This document shows positions 49,304-59,589 of a DNA stretch of 64,000 nt, one piece after another. A program made the position numbers and the translations under genes. A model generated the notes under the pieces. It searched no databases and was not told the DNA's origin. It saw only the letters and a program-made list of their open reading frames with translations. Each line of letters begins with the position of its first letter. Position 1 is the first letter of the stretch. The DNA is from Candidatus Bathyarchaeia archaeon (GTDB taxonomy: Archaea > Thermoproteota > Bathyarchaeia > Bathyarchaeales > Bathycorpusculaceae): positions 64,001-128,000 of the forward strand of contig JAVZLM010000004.1 in the NCBI GenBank assembly GCA_038883775.1. The letters run 5' to 3'.

Positions 49304-49705
49304 ATGTTTATAGGCGTTGACCATGTGGGCGTGGCAGTTAAAAATCTGGACGAGGCTATTAGCATTTACCAAAATGTTTTAGGCTTTGAACTCGAAGGCG
49401 TTCACGTTTTAAGTGAGAGGAAGGTTAAGGTTGCTTTTCTATTTAGCGGCGGCGAAACCAGAATTGAGCTTTTAGAGCCTTTGGGTAGCGATAGCCCAGT
49501 TGCCAAGTTTCTTGATAGTCGAGGTGAAGGCATTCATCACATCGCTGTAAAAGTTGAGAATATTGAGGCTGTTTTGGATGATTTTAAGCGTAAAGGTGTG
49601 GTTTTAGTTGATGAGAAGCCAAGAATTGGAGCTGAAGGCGCAAAAATTGCCTTTGTTCACCCGAAAAGCACAAAGGGAGTGCTTTTGGAGTTAATAATGA
49701 AGTAA
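49304..49705 (+). CDS. mce: Methylmalonyl-CoA epimerase
   Basis: [33 protein letters not shown]; mutase and carboxyltransferase context. Confidence 0.9.
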   Translation: MFIGVDHVGVAVKNLDEAISIYQNVLGFELEGVHVLSERKVKVAFLFSGGETRIELLEPLGSDSPVAKFLDSRGEGIHHIAVKVENIEAVLDDFKRKGVVLVDEKPRIGAEGAKIAFVHPKSTKGVLLELIMK

Positions 49706-49713
49706 GTGATTGT

Positions 49714-50832
49714 TTGAATCAAACTAAAATTGCCCTTTCCATCCAATTCTTCCACTCCTTTGTCAGCGGCATTCTTGGAGTCGCCATACCCTTAATGATG
49801 AAAGAAAGGAATGTGGATGTTGTCGTTATAGGACTTATCTTCGCGGCTATGCCCTTGATTATGCAGTTTGGGCGAATGTTTTTTGCAACACTTTCAGATT
49901 TTTTGGGCAGAAACCTCTTCTTTATTTCTAACGGGGTTTTAGGCGTAATTTCAAGTCTAATCTACTATGTTGCGCGGACACCACTAGAATTCTTGTTCGG
50001 CAAACTAATGGAGGGAACCAAAGAGGGTTCAATTTGGGCTGTGAACAGGGCTTTTCTTTTAGAGAGAGAAGGGGGTCACTGGAGAATTTTAGTTTACCTA
50101 AGAACGGTAGTTTATGTTGGCTTCGCCCTTGGAAGTCTGCTTACTGGCTTTTTGGTTGCTTGGCTATTTTTTGATGGAACAATGTTGTTATGCGCTCTTC
50201 TTGGAGTTTTTGTATTCTCGTTGGCGCTGTTGCTGCCTAAAGAAAGAAAAGAACAGTTTAGCATGGTGAAGGCTTTGCAGTTTCTAGATTTCAGAAAGAA
50301 AAAGAAAATTTTCAAAATCTTCCTCTTTCTGTTTTTTATAATAGGTCTTTCCTATGGGTTTCGAGGAAGCTTTGTCATACCACTTTTCTTGGACATGTAT
50401 GGTTTCGACACCGAAATAATTGGACTAATTATAGGCTTACAGATCTTGTTTGCTGGCTTTTCTTCATACCTCTTTTCGAAAACCACTAAGTTAAGGCAGA
50501 TGATTCTTCTACAAGGTATTCTCTTTTCCACAGTCTTCTTTTCGCTTGGCTTTTTAAGTTCTATAGTTGCCGGGGTTCTTTTGGTTGTTTATGGCTTTAT
50601 TGAGGGAATGTCAGGCATCGGACAAGAGGGAATTTTGTCCAAAATCTGCGATAAAGAGTCTTATGGAACCGATATTGGCTTGCTAATGTTTGGGTTGCAT
50701 GTTGGCGAAACCATGAGTTTGGCTTTATCAGGCTTTCTTATTGAAAGATGGGGTTTCCTTGCTCCCTTCCTCTTGGCGGCTTCAACATACGCAATTTTCT
50801 ACATACCCTCATACACTATTCTGAAAGAGTGA
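49714..50832 (+). CDS. MFS transporter
   Basis: Many hydrophobic segments; motif-A-like LSDFLGR. Confidence 0.75.
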   Translation: MNQTKIALSIQFFHSFVSGILGVAIPLMMKERNVDVVVIGLIFAAMPLIMQFGRMFFATLSDFLGRNLFFISNGVLGVISSLIYYVARTPLEFLFGKLMEGTKEGSIWAVNRAFLLEREGGHWRILVYLRTVVYVGFALGSLLTGFLVAWLFFDGTMLLCALLGVFVFSLALLLPKERKEQFSMVKALQFLDFRKKKKIFKIFLFLFFIIGLSYGFRGSFVIPLFLDMYGFDTEIIGLIIGLQILFAGFSSYLFSKTTKLRQMILLQGILFSTVFFSLGFLSSIVAGVLLVVYGFIEGMSGIGQEGILSKICDKESYGTDIGLLMFGLHVGETMSLALSGFLIERWGFLAPFLLAASTYAIFYIPSYTILKE

Positions 50833-50835
50833 ACA

Positions 50836-51627
50836 ATGTTGAAAATTGACAAAATTCAAGAAAAGCTTCAAACCAAAAAAATTGGTAAAAAAATACTATA
50901 CTTGCACAAAACTGGCTCCACAAACGACATAGCCAAAAAATTAGCTAATTATGGAGCCTATGAAGGAGCAATTGTTATAGCGGAAACCCAAACCGCCGGA
51001 CGAGGAAGACTTGATAGAAAATGGTTTTCGCCAAAAGGCGGACTATATTTTTCAATTATTCTAAAACCAAAAATAAAAGCAAAAGAATCCATTAAACTCG
51101 TGTTCTTGGCTGGTTTGGCTGTAGCAGAAGTTCTGCATGAAAAATATGGGTTGCATGTGGAAACTAAGTGGCCAAACGATGTTTTAGTGAGGGGACGTAA
51201 GATTTGCGGGATACTAAGTGAAATGAAGACAAGAGGCGAAAAGGTGGACTATGCAGTAATAGGCTTAGGTATAAATGCAAACGTTGATGTTAAAAAAGAG
51301 TTTCCGGAAGAGCTGAAAACTGTTGCAACATCCATTGAAAATGAGTTAGGTAGAAAAGTTAAGCTGGAAGAACTGCTTAAAGTGTTGCTTGAGAAATTGG
51401 AAAATGTTTATGAACAGTTTACAAAGGAAGGATTCGCTCCAGTTTTGAGGAGATGGAAAGGATATGCGAGTTTTCTTGGCAAAAATGTGGAAGTCATAAA
51501 TGATGTTGGAAAGATGTATGGTTTAGCCTTAGATGTTGACAATGATGGAACATTGCTCGTTAGGCTTGAAGATGGAAGAGTAGAGCATGTGTTTGTTGGG
51601 GACGTTTCTCTGCAGATAAATAAATGA
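50836..51627 (+). CDS. birA: Biotin-protein ligase (no HTH domain)
   Basis: STND, QTAGRGRLDRKW, KWPND, KICGIL, GLGINAN. Confidence 0.93.
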   Translation: MLKIDKIQEKLQTKKIGKKILYLHKTGSTNDIAKKLANYGAYEGAIVIAETQTAGRGRLDRKWFSPKGGLYFSIILKPKIKAKESIKLVFLAGLAVAEVLHEKYGLHVETKWPNDVLVRGRKICGILSEMKTRGEKVDYAVIGLGINANVDVKKEFPEELKTVATSIENELGRKVKLEELLKVLLEKLENVYEQFTKEGFAPVLRRWKGYASFLGKNVEVINDVGKMYGLALDVDNDGTLLVRLEDGRVEHVFVGDVSLQINK

Positions 51628-51753
51628 ATCTTTCGTAACTTTCGTTTTCATGGATTTAAATCCTTAATTAAGCCAGAACCTAACCGTATCTTTAGCCTTT
51701 CCGTATATTCTAAATATTTGAGCTACATTACCTAAAAGCAAGAGGGATTTGAA

Positions 51754-53322
51754 ATGGCTTTGGCGAAAGAGCCTAGTGTTGAGGAAAAGATTAACCGTTT
51801 AAGGGAATTGAATGAGCAAGCTAAACTTGGCGGTGGACAAAAGCGCATTGAAGAGCAACATGCTAAAGGTAAGTTAACAGCCAGAGAACGTATTGAATTG
51901 TTGCTTGATCCTGGCAGTTTCAATGAGCTTGACCGTTTTGTGGTTCATCAATGCACAGAATTTGGCATGGCGGAACGCAAATATCTCGGCGACGGCGTTG
52001 TAACTGGCTACGGCACAATTGACGGCAGACTTGTCTACATTTTCAGTCAAGACTTCACTGTTTTTGGTGGTTCCTTGGGTGAAATGTTTGCAAAAAAAGT
52101 TTGTAAAATAATGGATTTAGCCATAAAAGCTGGAGCGCCAGTCATAGGCTTAAATGACAGCGGTGGTGCACGCATACAAGAGGGCGTGGCAAGCCTTGCT
52201 GGTTACGGAGATATTTTCTTCCGCAACGTCATAAGCTCAGGTGTAATTCCACAGATAAGCGCTATAATGGGTCCATGCGCTGGCGGAGCCGTCTATTCGC
52301 CCGCACTAACAGACTTCATAATTATGGTTGACAAGACAAGTCACATGTTTATCACTGGTCCAGATGTGGTTAAAGCTGCTTTGGGGCAGGAGGTTACGTT
52401 TGAAGAGTTGGGCGGCGCCATGGTGCATAGCACAACCAGCGGTGTAGCCCATTTTATAGCCCAAAGCGAAGAGCATTGTATGCAGATTATTAAGAAACTT
52501 TTGAGCTATTTGCCAAGCAATTATCTTGAAGACCCGCCAGCAGTAGAGCCCACAGATGACCCAGACCGTACCGATGAGGATTTGGCGAGAATTCTTCCAG
52601 ATGACCCGGACAAGCCTTATGATGTTAAGGAGGTTATTACTCGTGTGGTTGATAATGGCGAATTCTTTGAGATTCAGCCCCTTTGGGCGCAGAACATTGT
52701 TATTGGTTTTGCAAGGTTGAATGGCAAAACAGTAGGCATAGTGGCTAACCAACCGTTGCATTATGCTGGAGCCCTAGACATAAACAGCAGCATGAAAGCG
52801 GGACGCTTCATACGCTTCTGCGACTGCTTCAACATCCCAATAATAACATTCGTAGACGTGCCAGGATTCTTGCCAGGTCTTGAACAGGAACACGGCGGAA
52901 TAATAAGGCATGGCTCAAAACTTTTATACGCTTATTGCGAAGCTACTGTGCCAAAAATCACCACTATACTGCGCAAAGCTTATGGTGGAGCATATGACGT
53001 TATGGGCTCCAAACATTCAGGGGCAGACATAAACTATGCTTGGCCAACAGCCGAAATAGCCGTTATGGGACCTCAAGGCGCCATAAACATAATTTTCCGA
53101 AAGGAAATAACTGAGGCTGAAAACCCAGAGCAAAAACGGATGGAACTTGTAAGCGAATATCGCCAAAAATTTGCAAATCCATATGTGGCAGCCCAGAAGG
53201 GCTATATAGATGAGGTGATTGAACCAGCAGAAACAAGACCAAAACTCATCAGTGCATTAGAAAGCCTAATCATGAAAAGAGAGCCTAGACCATCCAGAAA
53301 ACATGGAAATATACCATTATAG
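51754..53322 (+). CDS. pccB: Acyl-CoA carboxyltransferase (PccB/MmdA/transcarboxylase 12S-like)
   Basis: [60 protein letters not shown]. Confidence 0.92.
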   Translation: MALAKEPSVEEKINRLRELNEQAKLGGGQKRIEEQHAKGKLTARERIELLLDPGSFNELDRFVVHQCTEFGMAERKYLGDGVVTGYGTIDGRLVYIFSQDFTVFGGSLGEMFAKKVCKIMDLAIKAGAPVIGLNDSGGARIQEGVASLAGYGDIFFRNVISSGVIPQISAIMGPCAGGAVYSPALTDFIIMVDKTSHMFITGPDVVKAALGQEVTFEELGGAMVHSTTSGVAHFIAQSEEHCMQIIKKLLSYLPSNYLEDPPAVEPTDDPDRTDEDLARILPDDPDKPYDVKEVITRVVDNGEFFEIQPLWAQNIVIGFARLNGKTVGIVANQPLHYAGALDINSSMKAGRFIRFCDCFNIPIITFVDVPGFLPGLEQEHGGIIRHGSKLLYAYCEATVPKITTILRKAYGGAYDVMGSKHSGADINYAWPTAEIAVMGPQGAINIIFRKEITEAENPEQKRMELVSEYRQKFANPYVAAQKGYIDEVIEPAETRPKLISALESLIMKREPRPSRKHGNIPL

Positions 53323-53382
53323 ATTAATAGTAGCTCAGCCATTCTTTCAAACTCTAAAAATACTAGAGGGGCTAGGCAATTT

Positions 53383-54924
53383 ATGGCTTCGAAACCAGTT
53401 AAAATCACCGACACCACATTTAGAGACGCTCATCAGTCGCTTATGGCTACAAGGATGCGCACTGATGCCATGCTTCCCATAGCTGAAAAAATTGACAAAG
53501 TTGGCTTTTTCTCTTTGGAAATGTGGGGAGGAGCCACATTCGACGTTTGCATACGCTATTTAGGCGAAGACCCGTGGGAAAGAATACGCCAACTAAAACG
53601 CCACATAAAAAGAACCCCGCTTCAAATGCTGTTGCGGGGACAAAACATAGTTGGCTATCGCAATTATCCAGATGATGTTCTCATAAAATTTGTTGAGAAG
53701 GCGGCTGAAAATGGCATAGACATATTTCGAGTTTTTGACGCCTTAAACGACGTAAGAAACATGGAAGTGGCCATAAAAACCGTTAAAAAAATGGGCAAAC
53801 ACGCTCAAGGAACTATTTGCTACACTATAAGCCCAGTTCACACAATCCAATATTATGTTAAAGTTGCAAAAAAATTGACAGAACTCGATTGTGATTCTAT
53901 ATGCATAAAGGACATGGCTGGAATGCTTGCGCCTCAGCCAGCCTATGAGCTTATAACTGCCCTAAAAAAGGAGATAAGCCTACCCATACATTTGCACAGT
54001 CACAGCACAAGCGGCATGGTTATGATGACATACCTCCGAGCATGCGAAGCTGGAGTAGACATAATAGACGCAGCCTTTTCACCTTTCGCATGGGGTACAT
54101 CACAACCGCCAGTAGAATCCATCGTAGCTGCTTTAAAGGGAACCCCGTACGACCCGGGACTTGACTTGGAATTTTTAAGCGAGATTGCAGATTACTTCCG
54201 AGAGTTACGAGAAAAATATTATGACCCTTTAAAGTTAATAGATCAAAAAGCTGAACGGGTTGACACGTCCATCATTGTGCATCAGATTCCGGGCGGAATG
54301 TTCTCCAACCTTCTCGAACAATTAAGGGAACAAAAAGCGCTTGACAGGTTAAAGGAGGTTCTTGAAGAAGTTCCGAGGGTTAGAAAAGAGTTGGGTTATC
54401 CTCCTTTAGTAACGCCTACAAGTCAGCTTGTGGGTATACAAGCCGTTTTTAACGTTATTTCTGGTAAACGCTACAGCATAGTGCCAAAAGAGATAAAGGA
54501 TTATGTGAAGGGCTTATATGGAAGACCGCCAGCCCCCATAGACCCTAAAGTGAAAAAGAAGATAATAGGCGATGAAGAACCCATAACTTGTCGTCCAGCT
54601 GACCTTTTAGAAAGTGCCCTTGACAAAATTCCTGAAGAAGTAAAACCCTACATCGAAAGTGAAGAAGACAAGATAACTTATGCGCTTTTTCCCCAAGTAG
54701 CCCTAGAATTCTTTAAAAAGAGAAAAGCAAAAAAGGAAGAAGCCAAAGCTGAAATTCCAACAGAAAGAATCACAGAGCTGGAGGACGTTGCCGCAGTCTC
54801 TGTGGCTGTTGTTACCTACATTAAAAGTTTGGGAAAAGCCAAAGCATTAATACCCGTGCGACCAAAGGGAATAACATCTGCTTGGGTTTTAGCTGGACGA
54901 AAAAGCTTCGAACTTGGTGTTTAA
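53383..54924 (+). CDS. Pyruvate/oxaloacetate carboxyltransferase (PycB/OadA/transcarboxylase 5S-like), no biotinyl domain, with a delta/epsilon-like tail
   Basis: RDAHQSL, EMWGGATFD, IKDMAG, HLHSH, QIPGGM, LVTPTSQ; tail ELEDVAAVSVAVVTY...SAWVLAGR. Confidence 0.88.
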   Translation: MASKPVKITDTTFRDAHQSLMATRMRTDAMLPIAEKIDKVGFFSLEMWGGATFDVCIRYLGEDPWERIRQLKRHIKRTPLQMLLRGQNIVGYRNYPDDVLIKFVEKAAENGIDIFRVFDALNDVRNMEVAIKTVKKMGKHAQGTICYTISPVHTIQYYVKVAKKLTELDCDSICIKDMAGMLAPQPAYELITALKKEISLPIHLHSHSTSGMVMMTYLRACEAGVDIIDAAFSPFAWGTSQPPVESIVAALKGTPYDPGLDLEFLSEIADYFRELREKYYDPLKLIDQKAERVDTSIIVHQIPGGMFSNLLEQLREQKALDRLKEVLEEVPRVRKELGYPPLVTPTSQLVGIQAVFNVISGKRYSIVPKEIKDYVKGLYGRPPAPIDPKVKKKIIGDEEPITCRPADLLESALDKIPEEVKPYIESEEDKITYALFPQVALEFFKKRKAKKEEAKAEIPTERITELEDVAAVSVAVVTYIKSLGKAKALIPVRPKGITSAWVLAGRKSFELGV

Positions 54925-54925
54925 A

Positions 54926-55480
54926 ATGCCAATTTACGAAGTCCTCATTGACGGCAAACCGAGAAAAATCGAGTTGACAAAGACTGGAGAGAACACTTTT
55001 TCAGTTATACTGGATGGAAAGCCTTTAAAGGTGGAGTTACCAGCTGAAAAGCTTACATTAGAAAAGGTTTTTTCAATAAAAATTGATGACAAAACATATC
55101 AAGTAAATTTGCCCGAACTAAAAAGGGAAGAGCCTTTTTCGGTCAAAGTTGAAGAGGCAGTTTTTAAGGCTGAAGTCAAAGCACCAACAAGAAAACCCAT
55201 ACCGACAACTTTTGAACCCACCACAGTAACGCCTACAATAAGACCGGTAGAAACAAAGCCAGCAGTGGAAGGAACTGTGACTGCGCCCATGACTGGAAAA
55301 ATTCTTTCAATAAAAGTCAAGAAAGGCGAACAAGTGAAAGCCGGTCAGGTTCTCTGCATTCTTGAAGCAATGAAAATGGAAAACGAGATTGCAGCCCCAA
55401 AAAGCGGAACCATTCAAGAAATACTCGTTTCTGAGGGTTCTTCAGTCAACGAAGGAGAAGCCCTCTTCATTATCGTTTAG
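54926..55480 (+). CDS. Biotin carboxyl carrier protein (1.3S/MmdC-like)
   Basis: [16 protein letters not shown], Pro/Thr-rich linker. ATG 54926. Confidence 0.92.
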   Translation: MPIYEVLIDGKPRKIELTKTGENTFSVILDGKPLKVELPAEKLTLEKVFSIKIDDKTYQVNLPELKREEPFSVKVEEAVFKAEVKAPTRKPIPTTFEPTTVTPTIRPVETKPAVEGTVTAPMTGKILSIKVKKGEQVKAGQVLCILEAMKMENEIAAPKSGTIQEILVSEGSSVNEGEALFIIV

Positions 55481-57168
55481 AAAATGGAAGGTGGTTTATA
55501 CTCGCCGAAAACTTCCCGCAGAGTGTCGCAAATTTCTCCTATGGTTGCGTATTCTTTCACTGCTTGAATCATTAAGGGCATCAGATTCACATCTTCTTTC
55601 TCAGCAGCTAAGCGCAATTTATCCAAGGCTTCTTTAACTTTCGCCTGGTTTCTTTGCCGTTTTATTTGTTTTAAGCGTTCCACAAGCGTCTTTTCTATTT
55701 CTGGGTCTATCTGCAAAATTTTTATCGGCGTTTCCTCCTGCGTCACAAAATCGTTTACGCCAACAATTATGCGCTTCTTTGTTTCCACCTCTCTTTGGAA
55801 GCGATAAGCACTTTCCACGATTTCTCTTTGCATAAACCCTTTCTCGATGGCGGCAACAGCCCCTCCCATTTCATCAATTTTTTCAATGTATTTTGCCGCG
55901 CGTTCTTCTATCTCATTTGTCAAGTACTCCACATAATATGAGCCTGCAAGGGGGTCTATGGTTTCGGCTACTCCGCTTTCATAAGCTATTATCTGCTGGG
56001 TCCTAAGCGCAACCGTAACGGCTTGCTCGCTTGGCAAGGCATAAGCTTCATCAAAAGAGTTTGTATGCAAAGACTGGGTTCCACCCAAAACTGCAGCCAA
56101 AGCTTGAATGGCAACTCTGATAATGTTATTGTAAGGTTGCTGCGCCGTTAAGGCAACACCAGAAGTTTGTGTGTGAAAACGCAACATCCAAGATGCAGGG
56201 TTTTTGGCTTTGAAATGTTCTCGCATTATTTTAGCCCACAGCCTTCTGGCAGCTCTAAATTTGGCTATTTCTTCGAAGAAGTTGTTGTGGGCTGCGAAAA
56301 AGAAGGATAATCTTCCCGCGAACCTATCCAAATCTAAGCCCTTTTCGATGGCTGCTTGCACATAGGCGATGGCGTTTGCCAATGTGAAGGCTACTTCTTG
56401 AACGGCTGTTGCTCCCGCCTCGCGGATGTGGTAACCGCTTATGCTTATAGTATTCCATAGAGGCATGTGTTGAGAGCAATATTCGAATATGTCTGTGACT
56501 AAACGCATTGAGGGTTTAGGTGGAAAAATGTACATGCCCCTAGCTGCATACTCTTTCAAAATATCATTCTGCACTGTTCCCCCAAGCTGGGATGGTTCGG
56601 CGCCTTGTTTTTGTCCAACTGCTATGTACATGGCAAGCAAAACGGTTGCTGGAGCATTAATGGTCATGGAAGTTGTAATTTCTTTTAAGGGAATTCCGTC
56701 GAAGACTATTTCCATATCCATTAAAGTGCTAACGCTTACGCCAGCCCTTCCAACTTCGCCTCGCGCCATGGGGTGGTCGCAGTCATAACCCACTTGTGTT
56801 GGAAAGTCAAAAGCCACGCTTAAGCCTCTTTGACCTTGTTGGAGCAAGTATTTGAAGCGCTGATTAGTTTGTTCAGCCGTTCCAAAACCAGCATACTGCC
56901 TCATAGTCCATAGTCTAGCCCTATACATGGTCGGATAAACGCCACGAGTAAAGGGATATTCTCCAGGAAAACCCAAATCTCCTAAATAGTCAAGTTTTTC
57001 AATGTCAACGGGCGTATAAACCCTACTTACTGGGATTTCTGAACTTGTTAAAAATTCGCCTTTTTCTGGAAGCCTTTCAAGACTTTTAGATACGGTTTCT
57101 TTCTCCCACTTTTCCCTACGTTGTTTAATTTCTTCCATCATTTGCTTGTTAAACATCATTGAAAACAC
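55477..57168 (-). CDS. Methylmalonyl-CoA mutase, substrate-binding (large) subunit
   Basis: [17 protein letters not shown] (Tyr), [12 protein letters not shown] (Arg), [16 protein letters not shown]. No B12-binding domain. Confidence 0.92.
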   Translation of the reverse strand: MFSMMFNKQMMEEIKQRREKWEKETVSKSLERLPEKGEFLTSSEIPVSRVYTPVDIEKLDYLGDLGFPGEYPFTRGVYPTMYRARLWTMRQYAGFGTAEQTNQRFKYLLQQGQRGLSVAFDFPTQVGYDCDHPMARGEVGRAGVSVSTLMDMEIVFDGIPLKEITTSMTINAPATVLLAMYIAVGQKQGAEPSQLGGTVQNDILKEYAARGMYIFPPKPSMRLVTDIFEYCSQHMPLWNTISISGYHIREAGATAVQEVAFTLANAIAYVQAAIEKGLDLDRFAGRLSFFFAAHNNFFEEIAKFRAARRLWAKIMREHFKAKNPASWMLRFHTQTSGVALTAQQPYNNIIRVAIQALAAVLGGTQSLHTNSFDEAYALPSEQAVTVALRTQQIIAYESGVAETIDPLAGSYYVEYLTNEIEERAAKYIEKIDEMGGAVAAIEKGFMQREIVESAYRFQREVETKKRIIVGVNDFVTQEETPIKILQIDPEIEKTLVERLKQIKRQRNQAKVKEALDKLRLAAEKEDVNLMPLMIQAVKEYATIGEICDTLREVFGEYKPPSIF

Positions 57169-57296
57169 CTAACGAGCCTGTTTAGGCATCTTCAATTGTT
57201 TCATATATTTAGACATTTTCTTAAGTGATGCGCTTATAAGAAGCTATTAGCGTCTAATAGTCTTCAACGTATTTTTCATCATAAATCCAATAGAAA

Positions 57297-58061
57297 TCAT
57301 TTTTGCCCAACAACAAAAACGAAATTATCAATTTGTTTTATCCAGTTGCCATACTTTCTCTTAACTCTATCTCGAAAAAATTTAAATCCTTTTTGAAAAG
57401 AATCTTCGCTGAGCAAGGTCAGGGTAGATATGTATTTGTTTTTAACTCTCTTCAAATACTCTTTTGTAGAAATGTATCCCCTATCATATCTAAGGATATG
57501 ATAATGAACATCCTTGAAGTCGACCATTTTCATCATCCTCTTTAACGAAGGAATGGTTGGAAACCTTTTCAGGTCTATCGCTAACACTCCTGGGAAATAA
57601 CGGAGAACATGCTTCTTAATTCGTGCATGTGAGTTCGTCATAATTACACATTTTCCATTCTTCTTTAAGACGCGATGAATTTCTTGCAACGCCAGCTTTT
57701 TATCTTCTATGTGGTGAATAACTAGTGTCATGTAAACACAATCAAAAACGCTGTCTCTGAAAGGTAATCTTTGTCCATCCCCTCGAATCCACAGAATACG
57801 TTTAGATTTATCTTTAGCTAAGGCTTGTTTAAGCATATCAATCGAAAGGTCCAAAGCATAGAGCAAGCAGTTTTTAGCAACAAACAGAGATATTGAAAAT
57901 CTACCCGTGCCGCATCCAACGTCCAAAACCGCGCATTTCTGTTCAATTTTTCCGTATTCAATAATTTTTGAAAGCCAATAGTCAACATCGCTCATTCTAA
58001 ATCTATCATAATGTCTCGCAATTTTCGAATAATCAGTCTTCGGAATCCCAGAGTTATACAT
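57297..58061 (-). CDS. Class I SAM-dependent methyltransferase
   Basis: VLDVGCGTG, LPFRDSVFD, RVLKKNG. Confidence 0.85.
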   Translation of the reverse strand: MYNSGIPKTDYSKIARHYDRFRMSDVDYWLSKIIEYGKIEQKCAVLDVGCGTGRFSISLFVAKNCLLYALDLSIDMLKQALAKDKSKRILWIRGDGQRLPFRDSVFDCVYMTLVIHHIEDKKLALQEIHRVLKKNGKCVIMTNSHARIKKHVLRYFPGVLAIDLKRFPTIPSLKRMMKMVDFKDVHYHILRYDRGYISTKEYLKRVKNKYISTLTLLSEDSFQKGFKFFRDRVKRKYGNWIKQIDNFVFVVGQK

Positions 58062-58111
58062 CGTTCCTTCTAAGTTTCACTTTATTGTCGCTTATTATTT
58101 ATTATTACTAT

Positions 58112-58543
58112 CTAATGCTCTTCCTTCATCATTCTTACAGCTTCTTTTAGAAACTTTTCAAAGAAGCTTCTTTTTAGTTTTGGTCCTTTGCCAATGTTTG
58201 GGCACTCATTTGTATATATAAATTTGAAACAGCCATTTTTACTGCTTTCAAGTTGGAAGGGGTAGAACTTGCATATTAACGGTCTTATCCTATAAATGGA
58301 ACATAGATTATCTTTAAGGAATACACATTTTCCCTCGGCAGTTTTTCTCATTTGATAAACGTAAGGCTGAAAGCCTTTAACCTTTTCAGCAAAATCTTCA
58401 ACATTTTTAAAAGCTTCACTTGCTATGCGTTCAGCCTCCTTCTTTAAAAGAAGAATAGACCTAACCCTTTCTTTAGTGTCGCCGCAGCATATAGCGCATC
58501 TTTCGCATTTGAAATGAACATTTTTAGGATATTCAAAAATCAA
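58112..58543 (-). CDS. YkgJ-family CxxCxxCC cysteine-cluster protein
   Basis: CERCAICC, CVFL...CSIY..RPLICKFYPF. Confidence 0.85.
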   Translation of the reverse strand: MIFEYPKNVHFKCERCAICCGDTKERVRSILLLKKEAERIASEAFKNVEDFAEKVKGFQPYVYQMRKTAEGKCVFLKDNLCSIYRIRPLICKFYPFQLESSKNGCFKFIYTNECPNIGKGPKLKRSFFEKFLKEAVRMMKEEH

Positions 58544-58587
58544 GCGTTTTCTCTCTCAGAAACTTACGTTTATGTTTTTGCATGATA

Positions 58588-59118
58588 TTAGTATTTGCTT
58601 ATTTCTTCTCCAACTTTATAGAAGAAGCCATCTTCTCCTATCCACTTAAACAGCAAACCCTCATTCCACCTGTAACCTTTGCGAACATGAGCTGCAACCA
58701 CTTCGCCTATAAACCAAACATGGTCGCCAACTTCCACCTCTTTAACAACCTTGCATTCAATGCTGACGGGGCTTTCTTTGATGAGTGGTGCGTTTACTTT
58801 ACTTCCCTTTTCAGGAGTAAGCTTAGCCGTTTCAAATTTGTCTACTTCTCGCCCAGATTTTTCTCCACAAATTCGTGTAGCCTCAATAAGTTTTTCATCA
58901 ACTGCATTAACCACATACTCTTTGCTTTGGCGGATTAGTTCATAAGAGTATCTTGAAGGAGCTATGCCAACCCCAACAAGGGTTGGTTTTCCGGAGAAGA
59001 AGGCGAACATACCGATTGTTATGATGTTCTTTTTGCCTTTATGTTCCATGGAAACCAAATAAACTGGTCTTACTGGAAATTGCCTTAACCCTTCGGAAAC
59101 TGGAACCTCCTCTTTCAT
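58588..59118 (-). CDS. Flavin reductase-like (flavoredoxin) protein
   Basis: SGREVDKF, APLIKESP..IECKV, GDH..FIGEV. Confidence 0.85.
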   Translation of the reverse strand: MKEEVPVSEGLRQFPVRPVYLVSMEHKGKKNIITIGMFAFFSGKPTLVGVGIAPSRYSYELIRQSKEYVVNAVDEKLIEATRICGEKSGREVDKFETAKLTPEKGSKVNAPLIKESPVSIECKVVKEVEVGDHVWFIGEVVAAHVRKGYRWNEGLLFKWIGEDGFFYKVGEEISKY

Positions 59119-59251
59119 TCATGCAAACTCCTTAATAGCGTGAAAATGTTAGCAGCACAACCCGATATTAATTTAGCGATTAAAATTGTGATAAATGATT
59201 ATATTAATGAGTTTGAACCATGATATTATAGAAGCTTTCGAGGTTTCGCCA

Positions 59252-59542
59252 TTGAAGGTTAAAGTGGAATACTTCGGCCATGTAAGAAATATCATTAAAA
59301 GTGGTCGAGAAGAAGAGATTGAAATTCAGGATGACGCTTCCATAGCAGACTTACTGCTTAAGCTTTCTGAAAAATACGGCGAACCCTTCCAAAAGGCTTT
59401 TTACGAACCAAAAGGCAAGGATGTAAAAACAAACTACATAATCACAGTGAACGGCTACTTACTGAATCAGCTGGATGGCATAAAAACAAAACTTAAAAAC
59501 GGAGACCATGTGGCGTTGCTTCCCATAGTCAGCGGCGGATAA
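59252..59542 (+). CDS. MoaD/SAMP ubiquitin-like sulfur carrier
   Basis: Beta-grasp pattern ending LKNGDHVALLPIVSGG. Likely TTG start at 59252. Confidence 0.85.
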   Translation: MKVKVEYFGHVRNIIKSGREEEIEIQDDASIADLLLKLSEKYGEPFQKAFYEPKGKDVKTNYIITVNGYLLNQLDGIKTKLKNGDHVALLPIVSGG

Positions 59543-59589
59543 AAGCCAACCCTTTTGCAAAAGATTTTAAACCAAACACTAATCTATGT

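Noticed and set aside
51754-55480. Na+-pumping methylmalonyl-CoA/oxaloacetate decarboxylase or ATP-dependent carboxylase
   Set aside because: No membrane beta subunit or biotin carboxylase in the cluster; the nearby membrane protein is MFS-like. Not excluded genome-wide.
55477-57168. Isobutyryl-CoA or 2-hydroxyisobutyryl-CoA mutase
   Set aside because: Specificity residues are Tyr (RQYAG) and Arg (EYAARG), as in methylmalonyl-CoA mutase.
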